In this document: in pieces, positions 41,474 through 51,715 of the stretch
Numbering within the stretch: position 1 is the first letter of the stretch
How the letters are laid out: each line of letters begins with the position of its first letter
NCBI GenBank assembly: GCA_965112735.1
Contig: OZ218956.1
Location: forward strand, 1,798,001-1,862,000
Direction: 5' to 3'
Length of the DNA: 64,000 nt
Origin: Phaeosaccion multiseriatum
Lineage: Eukaryota > Protista > Ochrophyta, other classes
The notes under the pieces: model-generated
Told to the model about the DNA's origin: nothing
Databases searched by the model: none
What the model saw: the letters and a program-made list of their open reading frames with translations, nothing else
Translations under genes and position numbers: made by a program

Positions 41474-44374
41474 CACCAACTGCTGCTGCTCTCGCCACTG
41501 CAACCATAGGGCCACGACTGGGGCGAACGATTCATCGTTGGGGATACCACGCCCGCGCCTCTCCGCCCCGCCTTTCCATTCTCGGTGTCCATCGTCGCCA
41601 GCTCCAACGTCCCCCATCCACCCCCCTCCTTCCACTTCCCCTCCTCCTGCTCCTCCTCCTCCTCCTGCTCCTCCTCCTCCTCCTCCTCCCCCTCCCCCTC
41701 CCCCCCGTCCTTCGCTGTTGCTGCCGTCGATCATCAGCCTGAGTAGCTCCAGCCCGAGAGAGAGAGACGGACACGTGGCCAAGACCCTGTTCCACACCTC
41801 CACCCCGACCTCGCCCACCAACCCGCTCTCCACAGCGTCGCCAGCCACGCCCACGACGGAACTAAAGTCGTACTCGGATAGCAACTCCCCCCGGGGTTGC
41901 GGCATCGCGCTTGCCCCCCAGGAGCACGCGAGAAGCACGTTTTGAAACGTGGAAGCATCTGGCGTTACACCTTCCGTCTCCCGCATCTCTCGGTACAGGG
42001 ACAGGGCAAGTTGGTGATCCCCTGCAGACTTGCACGTCGCCAGCACCGCATTGAAGGCAAACAGGTCTGGTGCCAAGCCCCTGCTCCTCATGGATTCGAA
42101 CAGGCGCACCGCCTTGACGTGGTCGCCAGCCTTGCCCAGCAGGATAATGGCGGATGTAAGTACGTGGCCATTGGGCAGCAATCCACCCGTACTGCTGCTC
42201 ATCTCCTCCAGCAGGTCGAAGATCTCTTCACTGGAGAAATCGCTCGTGCGCAGCAAAGCGTTGTACGTGTAGGCGTTGGGGGGCACTCCGGCGTCTCTCA
42301 TCCAATTCAACACCTGCACAGCCGACGCGGAGTCCTTCGCCCGAGCACAGGCGGTCATGACAGTGCTGAAGCTGACGACGTCCGGCCTAATGACCACGTC
42401 TTCCTTTCCCTGCTGCCGCCGGTCCGGGGCACTGCCATCGTCCCTCACACGCCGCTCCTCCTCCTCTTCCTCCTCCTCCTCCTCCTCCTGCTGCTCCTGC
42501 TGCTGCTGCTGCTGCTGCTGCCGCTTCCCCTTCTCCGCCTCCTCCCTGAGGGTCTCCTCCTGCCCCAGCACCACCATGTCCTTCAGCAAAGCTACTGCCT
42601 CTTCGCACCTTCCTGCCTCAGCGAGAGCCGTCAAGGCAGTGTTGTACATGATCAAGTCTCCTTGTCCTCCCCCTCGTCCTCCTCCTGTTGCTGTCCCCTG
42701 CACACCTCCTCTTCCTCCTCCTCCTCCTCCTCCTCCTCCTCCTCCTCTTCCCCCACCGTCCTGGGCTTGTGCATGGCCCCTTCCCCTTCCCCTTCCCCTT
42801 CCCACAAAGTCATCAAAGAGCTGCATCGCCTGGTCCAGGCGGCCGTCCCTGCTGAGTGCTCGGACAGCCACAGACACACCTGTGGCATCAAACTCGACTT
42901 CGAGGGCCTTCATTTGCTCCAAGAACACCGACGTCGAGCCAGGCAGAGCAGTCATTGCAGCCGTGTACACGACCCCCTCCCTCACCGCCCTCTCCGCCAC
43001 GGAGAATCGAGCCTCGGCGGCGGCGACCCTCGCTGCCGCGACCCTCGCTACTTCCGCCACATCATCATGGTCCGCAGTGTTCGCTTCCCTCCCTTGTGCC
43101 TCTGCGCCTCCTGTTCCTCCTCCTGCTCCTCCTCCTCCCTCTTCTCCCTCTTCTCCTCCTGTATCACCAACTGCTTGCCTTGCACTTTGCAGGGCTGCAC
43201 GGGCGCGGCCTTCCTCTTGGAGGAGATCTTGAACCACAAGGCGCACTAAATCCGGCCTCCCGAGCTTCTGACACGCGCCAATCAGCGTGCTGTATGTATT
43301 CTCGTTGGGCTGCACCCCTGCTAACTTCATCTCTGACATCAGGGCGAACACACGAGAGATAGGCCTCTGGTGGCCGCCCTCTGCCCTTCCACCGTCTTGT
43401 CTTGCTGTACCACCAACTGCTGATGTTACCGTTGAAGGTGATGGGAGTACTCGCTCTCCCTCTGCTCCGCCTTCTCGTGAAGGAGGCGGCGGTGGTGGTG
43501 GTGCTGCTGCTGCCACTGCCGCTGCCTCTCCTGCTGCCACTGCCGCTGCCTCTCCTGCTGCTTTTGCAGCTGGGGTCGCTGAATAGCCATACGCTGCTAT
43601 CGCCGCTGTGTAAGTGATAACGTCTGGATGGAGTCCTGCCGCCCTCATTTCTCGCAGCAAAGCCTCCACCCCTTTGACTCGGCCGTGCTTACCCAGGGCT
43701 GACACTGCGCTATTGTAGATATGTCCGTTGAAAGGCACACCCCTCTGTCTGGCCTCCTCCAACACGACAGGTACCCTTGCCCACGAGCCACACTTCTTAA
43801 GCTCCTGCACTACACGGATCTGCATGCCCTTTTCCGCTGCTGCTGCAATCGCCGCTGTGCGAGTGATGGTGTCTGCATGGAGTCCTGCTGCCCTCATTTC
43901 TAGCAGCAACGCCTCCATCTCTTCAACTCGGCCGTGCTTGGCCAGCGCTGACATTGCGCCATTGTAGATGTAGCTGTTGAAAGGCACGCCCGTCTGCCTG
44001 GCCTCCTCCAACACGACAGGTACCCTTGCCCACGAGCGACACTTTCTTAGCTCCTGCACTACACGGATCTGCATGCCTTTTTCCGCTGCTGCTTGGGTCT
44101 TGCTGCTTGCCTGTGCGGCTCCTCTTCCTGAGGTCGGGTGTTCATCGCCTCGATCTAAAGAAGAAGCTGCGTAAGATCCGTTGGGAGCCAGATGTAGCGG
44201 CGAGGAAGGAACGTCCACCAGCGCCCAGCGCACGGGCCTCGGTCTTACACGCCGTGCTCCCTCTCTCGCAATCGGGCAAGGCAAGAATGACTCACAAGTA
44301 GAAGAGTACCATCGCGGCGGCTGATGCTGCGAAGCAACCTCTGGAGTTGACAAGGGGTGGCAGGGGAACAGCAT
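41189..44374 (-). CDS. Pentatricopeptide repeat (PPR) protein, intronless, with low-complexity insertions
   Basis: Continuous ORF of about 1060 aa with multiple P-type PPR motifs (PDVITYTAAIAAY, PNENTYSTLIGAC, PDVVSFSTVMTAC, PDLFAFNAVLATC). First ATG is at 44374; the exact start is uncertain. Confidence 0.88.
43597..44093 (-). repeat. 249-bp (83-aa) tandem internal duplication in the PPR gene
   Basis: AAAEKGMQIRVVQEL.KC.SWARVPVVLEEARQ.GVPFN..IYN.A.SAL.KHGRV...EALL.EMRAAGLH.D.IT.TAAIAA occurs twice. Confidence 0.93.
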
Positions 44375-44570
44375 CTCTTTTCTCTCCCTTCCTGTCCCCA
44401 CGCCCCCCTCCTTGTAGCCGTCGTTTACGATGATTGTTTTTTTGTCGATTGTGACTAAGCACCGGATTCAGTTTAAATTTCAGTCTCTACTTGGTGGACT
44501 TGGGTCCCCACTCTGCGTCCACAGCCGCTCAGGGGACGAGCAAGGGGATAAGGAGGTGGAGAGGGGGGAC
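44375..44570. promoter_or_regulatory. Putative bidirectional promoter (PPR / YciI-like)
   Basis: About 195 bp between divergent ATGs, with an AT-rich core. Confidence 0.5.
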
Positions 44571-47419
44571 ATGGTGTTGCAGACAGCACCTGTGCTACTA
44601 GTGCTGCTGGCGAGTAGTTGCCAAGCGTGGGTAGCGCCTTGGGGCGCCCTGGTGCGGCGGAGTAGCCACGCATCTCAGCACCAGCAGCATTCGAGGCCAG
44701 GAGCTCACCACCATGCCCACCATAGACATCACCATCAAACAAGTAGTAGCAGCGGCAGAGGGCGGAGCAGAGGGTACATCAGACGGGGGACAGCGAGGAG
44801 ACTGGTAGGCGCAAATGCATGGGTGGACACATGTAGCGGAAGCGGCGGTGGCCGGAGCAGGAGAAGAGTGGAGGTACGGCTATGTTTGGAGATGATGTTG
44901 AGCAGTGTTCGCCGCCTAGCAGCAGCCAGAGAAGCAATGTTTCGCAAGTAGCAAGCACTCCTGTGGTGCTATTGACCACAGCCAGGGAAAGGACTGCCAG
45001 TCGGCAACGGCAGTCTGTGTGGCCAATGCTTGGCAGCTCTTTGTTGGTAAACAATGTCTTCTCGCGTGGGCTGGAGGTTGCATTGCGCTGCGGTTTATAG
45101 CTGCTTGTCTTTGAGAGTAAGGCAACCCTATTCCCCGCTTCTTGCATGTAAATCCTTTTCCGCTGATGCTAATTCGTATTCTCTCTCGCTGTCAGGGCCA
45201 CCAGTGCGGCTCGGCAAGGCTTCGCGTCCCCCCACTGTACGCATCGGATGAGGAACAGGCATATGGAGAGGAGATGGAGGAAGACGAAGACGGGGCCGCC
45301 GCCGTAGCAGAGGAAGGTGCCTCTGCGCAAGAAGACGCAGAAGAAGACGAGGAAGAAGATGACGAGGATTACAGCGGTGTACTGGCCCAGAACTTAGAAA
45401 AACTGGGGTCCAACGACGCTGACAAGGCGGCGATGTATACGGGCAGCTACGTGCCCAAGAAGGGGGCAGGGGTGGCCCTGGAGGAGTGGCCGGAATATCG
45501 AAAGCGTCTCAAGGCCGACTTCATCGCGGCCAAGCGAAGGAGGTTGGAGGACATGGAGTATGAAGATCCATCAGGCTGGAAGGGAGACGGCACCGACTCA
45601 GCAGAGGTGATTCGTAAGCGGTGGAACCCCGAGGGGCTCGACGAGGGCCTGACGTGGAGGCAGCTCAACTCGAGCGATGTGCAGTACTATCCTCCAGATG
45701 TGGACGTGGATGACGGGGGGTTGACCTTTAGCGTGGACTACGTGGAGCAGTTGGACCCCTGGGAGAAGGTTCTGCACACTGCGTTTGTGGTGGTGCAGCT
45801 GGACAGACCGGAGAAGATTTTTTGGGAAAAGGTTCGGCAGCCCAACATGGTGGAGCGCATGAAGTGGTCCAGGTGAGTCAGTAAGTCAGTGAGGAAGGAA
45901 GGAAGCCAAGTCGGTGAGTCAGGTCGGTCGGTCAGTCATTCAGTCAGTCAGTGAAGACAGTCAGTGAGTCAGTCAATCAGTCAGCCAGTCCATCCGTCAG
46001 TCAGTCAGTCAGTCAGTCAGTCAATCGTTCGATCAATCAGTCAGTCCGTCAGGCAGCAAGTCAGTCAGTGAAGAAAGATAGGAGTGTCTGCCTGTTGGGT
46101 ATATACCCAAGTCCAACCGGAAGGGAAAGCTCTCTGCCTAGTGGGTCGGTCGGTCTGGTCGGTCGGTCTGTCTGTCTGTCTGTTTGTGTGTGTGTGCTCA
46201 TGTACGGGATGCAGATTGTGGACTGCCCCCCCCCCCCATTCTCCCCAAGTCGTGCTGGGAGTGTTTTCCACGGACTCTCCTCCTCACCCTCTCTCCTTCT
46301 CTCTCACTCGCTCACTCACGCACTCACTCACTCATCTACCACCCGCTCACTCACTCTTACGCTCGTCGCGCTTCCCTCCTCCCTCCTTGCCTCCTTTGTC
46401 CTCCCCCCCCCTCCTTGCTCGCCTCCCCCCCCCCCCCCTGCCTTCCTCTTTCCCCTCCCCTCCTCCCTCCTTGTTCTCCCCCTCCCCCCACCTATGTCCC
46501 CACCCGAAACAGACGAGGCAACCGCGAGCTTCACAAGGGCATGAGCCCTTCGGCGGTGGTTAAGTGGGATAAGGTAATATATTCCAGGGACAAGCAACGC
46601 GTAGTGGGGAACATTGCGTGCATCCGTGCACAGAACGAGGTGAGCGAGTAGCAGCCATAGAGGCCAAGGCTTATCAAGACCAAGGGCTTATCAAGTCGTT
46701 GAAGACCAAGGCTAAGCAGAAGTCTATGAAGACCAAGGCTTATCAAGTCAATCAGCAGTCCCATAAGTGTATATTCCGTCCATTTCATAGCCTAGTCTAT
46801 AGAGTACTGTCCATAGGGTATTGTCCGTCCTACCCCCACGCCACCACACTCCACTCCTGTCCACCTCACTCCACTTCACTCCATCGCAGTCCAGTCCGCA
46901 TTTGGGTATAGTGTAGTGGCTGGATAGAGGTGGTAGGGGATTGAATTGAGCATGGAGTACAGGAGTTCGGCAAATGTAACTACAGGTGCATGTTGAAGTG
47001 GTGTTCCTATGCTGTTGTGCACCTCTCTCACACGCACACTCTTTCACACGTATCCACACGACACACCCGCTCACCCCTCACACGCACACACGCACACACC
47101 CCTCACACACACACGCACGCACCCACAGGTGGACCTGAACCGGCTTCTAGAGCAGGACCCTTACCACAACGCCAAGCTCTACAAGAGCCAAAGGGTGTAC
47201 CGCTTCAAGCAGCACTTCGGAGATGACCTTGATTGGGCCCCCTCCCAATTCCCCTACTTCATGTTATGCATGAACAAGAAGGGGGAGGAGTACGCAGATC
47301 TGCATAGGGAAACGGCGGAGCCCTACTATAAGTATCTGCAGGTGTGTGTGCGTGTGCGTACGCATGACTACACTACGTCTCTTGATATCTCCCTCCATCT
47401 CTTTGTCCCATCTCTCCCC

Positions 47420-47466
<47 letters not shown>

Positions 47467-48827
47467 ACCCCCCCCCCCCCCCTCTATACCACACACACAC
47501 ACACACAGTCGACGGGCGGTGCCAATGAGGTCGGCACTTTATACCCTCTCGAATCGGAAGTGGAGCAGCAGGGCGTGAGGGACGACCCCGTAGGAGAGCT
47601 TCTCTTCTTCTGCATGCCCACCCTGGAGCAGGCCAGGCGCGTTCTGAGGAACGATCCGCGCTACAAGAAGGGTCTCTACGACTCGGTGCGTGCGTGCGTG
47701 CGTGTGTGTGTGTGCTCGTGTGTGCGTTTCGTCTCAGGGGGCGAGGGGGGAGGGGCAGGGAAAGAAGATGGGGGGGGAGAGAAGAACAAGAGGGATAGGT
47801 TTCCCCTCCCAGTCACATGCGCATGGATGTGTGGAACATGCAAGATAATTTCGCAGTCCTCAACATTGCTTTGGATTCTGTCTCTTTCATACCCACCCTC
47901 TTGCTTGCAGTTGGTTTTTCCTTGTGCCAACCCGCTCGGATATCTTCTTTCGTTGTTGGTCCATACTCTCACACACACATGTGCTGTTGCCCCCCCAAAC
48001 AACACAAAAAGGTGGTGCTTCGACGGTACAACGACAAGGATGTCAGCGGCCTTCATACCCTCACCAAGAGTTTCGGTGACCCGCTGAGAGACTGGATGGT
48101 AGCAGAAGGCCTGGACGACGAGATGGACTTTAAGGCTGAACAGGACTACTACAGGACCAAGGGACTGCTGGATGCCATTTTGGGCAATTACGGGGAGCAG
48201 GAGAAGCGGTTGAAGGGCAGGAAGGCGAGGAGGGAGAGTCAGGCGGCGTCCAAGGAGCAGGAGAAGAAGGACAAGCGGCAAAAGAAACTCGCGAGACTGG
48301 CCAAGAAGAAGAAGGCCATGGCGGAGGCCGATGTGATGATTGCCGAGAGGGATGCGGCCATGCTTCGTGAAGCCTCCATGGAGGACGATGGAGATGGAGA
48401 TGATGATGATGAGGAGGAGGAGGGGGAGGAGGAAGAGGAGGAGGAGGAGGGGCAGCAGCGGCGGAAGGGGGTGGTGGTGGGGGTGGCAAAGAGCGACGAC
48501 GACGACGGGGACGAGGACGATGAGGAGGGTATGGGAGAGGAGGAGGCGGAGGACCCAAATGACGGGTACACTCCGGCAGGAGAGCCAGCAAAGGGGTGGA
48601 CGGAGTACGGCGATGACGAGAATGACGAGGATGACGATGATGAGGACGACGAGGAGGAGGATGAAGGCTTCAGCGCAGGGGGGGCGGGGGACCCGAGTGC
48701 CGCCTGGGGCTCCGACGACGGCAGCGACGATGTAATCGGTCTTCTCCCCGAGGAGGAGGAGGGGGGGGGGGGGATCGGAGTGAGCTCCTTAGAGGACATC
48801 ATGGATGACGAGGAGGACATGAACTAG
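44571..48827 (+). CDS. Predicted plastid-targeted protein with two degenerate YciI/YCII-like domains and acidic tails, 6 exons
   Basis: Exons 44571-44873, 45196-45872, 46513-46639, 47129-47341, 47509-47685, 48012-48827. Signal peptide MVLQTAPVLLVLLASSCQA|W followed by an R/S/H-rich transit peptide. Two YciI-like units: FVVVQLDRP..GNIACIRA..LLEQDPYHNAKLY and YFMLCMNKK..GELLFFCMPTLEQARRVLRNDPRYKKGLY. Confidence 0.7.
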
Positions 48828-49374
48828 GGCGCTTAGAGCTTAATAGGACTGCTGTATCACCAAGTGCTAATGCCTGCTGCTGCTGCTGCTGCTGCTGCCA
48901 GCTGTGACTCTGTTGCTGCACCGCGTTGGTGGTGGGGCTGGGCGGGGAGCAGAGAGCTTTAGACGGGACAGGTGGCTAGTGGTGGTGCAATAGGGACATG
49001 TGTGGCCGGGTGTGTGTGTGTGTGTGTGACAGACAGGGTTGATGCACCTGCACCGCTCAGCACAGCACAGCAGTTGGTGATACTTAGTACATCATAGCAA
49101 GGGCTCACCGCAAGCCGAACAGAAGCTTTTGCTTGGCGCGGTGGGGGATTGGGGCATGGCCATTTAGTTGCAGGCGATCTCTTTGCAACTCAACATTATA
49201 TACAAAAAAATAGATATACAATATGCATAGGGAGGGAAAAAAAAGAAGTGGCTAAATATTGATTGAGTCTTGTGGGGAAGAAATGTCGGAGAGACAAGGG
49301 CTGAAGAAGGGCAGAAGAGGACATATTCAAAAGCCACTCCGTGTAGGTCGAGACTGCCGGGCCTAACATAAAAC

Positions 49375-51453
49375 CTATTCTACTTGAAAAGTCACAGCGT
49401 CCTCCTCACTGTCCTCCGTGGCCTTGATTCCGAGCTCGTTGAGGTACATCAGCATCGCAGGCTTGAGCTCATTGACGCCGTCGCGATGTCGACCCGTGGT
49501 GACGATGGTGGGGCCCTTGGTCTTCTCCACTTGGAGAGCGTAGCGAAGGGCGGCCTTGGCGGTCCACTCCGAGTGCTGCCAGCTAAGGTCCATCACCTTG
49601 CCTTCGTTGCCCTTCTCCCAATGCGACAGTACACTTTGTGCGACGGCCTCTGCGTACAAGCCGTCAGCCGAGCTCCATTGCTTGTGCAGGGACAGAACGT
49701 CGATAGCAGCTCTGTAGGTCGCGTCGTTGGGTTCAATGCCAGCTGCCTGCATCTCCTCCAGCAAGGCAGGTGCCTTCTCGTGCTGGTCACAAGCACCAAT
49801 CGCAGAGTTGTAACTGAATCGATTGGGCCCGGGTCCTTCCCTCCGCATCTCCTCCAGCAAGTCCAGCGCCTTCTCGCTCGCCCCTGCCCTGCAGCAAGCA
49901 AAAATGGCAGAGTTGTACGCATTGACATCGGGCTCGGGGCCTTCCTCTCGCATCTCCTTGAGCAAGTCAAGCGCCTTCTCGTACTGCCCTGCCTTGCCGC
50001 AAGCAGAAATGGCAGAGTTGTACAAGTTTTGACTGGGCTGGGGGCCTTCCTCTCGCATCTTGTTCAGCAAGTCAAGCGCCTTATCGTACTGCCCTACATT
50101 GCCACAAGTCACAATTACAGAGTTGTACGCGTTGACATCGGGTTGGGGCCCTAGCTGTCGCATCTCCTCCAGCAAGCCAAGCGCCTTCTCATACTCCCCT
50201 GCGTTGCCACAAGCAGTAAGTGCGGAATTGTACGACAATCGATTGGGCTGGGGTCCTTCCTCTCGCATCTGGTTGAGCAGTTCAAACACCTTCTCGTACT
50301 CTCCAGCCTTGCCACAAGCCGCAATGGCACCATTGCACGAGCTCACGTTGGGGCGAAGCCCTTCCCTCCGCATCTCCTTCAGCAAGTCAAGCGCCTGCTC
50401 GTACTGCTTTCCTCTGCAACAAGCAGTAATCGCAGAGGTGTACGTGGTGACACCAGGTTTAAGGCCTTGTCCCTGCATCTGTCTTAGCAACTCAACCCCC
50501 TTCTCTTGCTGCCCTGCCATACCACAAGCAGCAATCGCATCACTGTATGTGACTTCATTGAGTTTGGGACCTTCCTCCAGCATCTCCCTCAGCAAGTCAC
50601 GTGCCTTGTCCTGCTGCCTTGCCTTGGCACAAGCCGCAATCGCGGAACTGTACGTGACAACATCTGGCTGAAGCCCTTCTCCCCGCATCTCTTTCAGCAA
50701 GTCAACCGTCTTGTCGTACTGCCCTGCCTTGCCACAAGCAAGAATCACAGCGCTATAGGCTATTTCACTGGGCTTGGGGCCTTTCACTTGCATCTCCTTC
50801 AGCAAGTCAAGCGTCTTTTCGTACTGCCCTGCCTTGCTACAAGCACTAATCACAGCGCTGTACGCCACTTCATTGGGCTGGGGGCCTTCCTCTCGCATCT
50901 TGTTCAGCAAGTCAAGCGCCGTCTCGTACTGCCCTGCCTTGCCACAAGCACTAATCACAGAGTTGTACGTGATTTCACTGGGCGGGGGCCCTTCCTTTCG
51001 CATCGCCTCCAGCAAGGCAAGCGACTTTTCATACTGCCCTGCCTTGCCACACGTCACAATTGCAGAGTTGTAAGAGTGAGCATTCGGTTGCAGCCCCCTC
51101 TTCTTTGCTTCATCAAGTGCTTTCGCGACACCCTTCCAATTGCGCTGCACTCCAAGCCTCTGGACCTCCTTGGTCAACTCTACTTGCCCATAGTGCCGCT
51201 CTCTCTCTTCAGCACTACTAAACCTGTTATCCATGGCTCCGAGGAGACGGAGCGAGGGAGTCTCCGATCGTCGCTCGAATAGGACTGCTTCAACATCTGC
51301 TGTAAAGGGCTTTTGTCTTCTTGATTCTCCAGGAGGGTGCGCAGGTGAGGCAGAGATCCATCTTCCCCACGACCTCACAAAAACAGCACCACCTCCACCA
51401 GCAGCAAGAAGACCTGCTGGGGAAATGAAGCCCGCCATGGTGTTTCCCGTCAT
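49375..51453 (-). CDS. PPR-SMR protein (about 14-15 tandem 35-aa PPR repeats + degenerate SMR domain), intronless
   Basis: 692-aa ORF with highly regular repeats such as YNSAISACGKAGQYEKALDLLKEMREEGPxP. The C-terminal VMDLSWQH..AKAALRYAL..IVTTGRH..LKPAML..L resembles an SMR domain. Confidence 0.9.
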   Translation of the reverse strand: MTGNTMAGFISPAGLLAAGGGGAVFVRSWGRWISASPAHPPGESRRQKPFTADVEAVLFERRSETPSLRLLGAMDNRFSSAEERERHYGQVELTKEVQRLGVQRNWKGVAKALDEAKKRGLQPNAHSYNSAIVTCGKAGQYEKSLALLEAMRKEGPPPSEITYNSVISACGKAGQYETALDLLNKMREEGPQPNEVAYSAVISACSKAGQYEKTLDLLKEMQVKGPKPSEIAYSAVILACGKAGQYDKTVDLLKEMRGEGLQPDVVTYSSAIAACAKARQQDKARDLLREMLEEGPKLNEVTYSDAIAACGMAGQQEKGVELLRQMQGQGLKPGVTTYTSAITACCRGKQYEQALDLLKEMRREGLRPNVSSCNGAIAACGKAGEYEKVFELLNQMREEGPQPNRLSYNSALTACGNAGEYEKALGLLEEMRQLGPQPDVNAYNSVIVTCGNVGQYDKALDLLNKMREEGPQPSQNLYNSAISACGKAGQYEKALDLLKEMREEGPEPDVNAYNSAIFACCRAGASEKALDLLEEMRREGPGPNRFSYNSAIGACDQHEKAPALLEEMQAAGIEPNDATYRAAIDVLSLHKQWSSADGLYAEAVAQSVLSHWEKGNEGKVMDLSWQHSEWTAKAALRYALQVEKTKGPTIVTTGRHRDGVNELKPAMLMYLNELGIKATEDSEEDAVTFQVE

Positions 51454-51715
51454 CTCAACAGAACAAAGCTTCTTTCTTGGCCGTTCGTCTCAGGTGTGGT
51501 CGTGGAGAGGAGCATTTTGTGGTCGTGGAGCAGGAGACACACACAGAGGAAAGATGTGGACGTGTTGCTCCTCCAATAAATTCACAGCTGGCTCGGGGGA
51601 TTTGGGAGGGAATTTCTTTTTTTTCCTCACGCCATCCACGCTACTGCAAACATCAAGCGGGCTGAGCAATCAACGCGCCCCCCTTCCGCCTCCGCAGCCA
51701 TCATGGGACAACTAA

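Noticed and set aside
42009-42020. AGTTGGTGATC antisense in the PPR CDS
   Set aside because: Partial match with no CAG tract; explained by the codons for GDHQL within a PPR repeat.
46661-46750. GACCAAGGCTTATCAAG repeats as CRISPR-like or element ends
   Set aside because: Only about 4 irregular local copies in an intron; an ordinary minisatellite.
41897-51282. Long antisense ORFs over the PPR genes
   Set aside because: Shadow ORFs of GC-rich repetitive coding sequence; no independent motifs.
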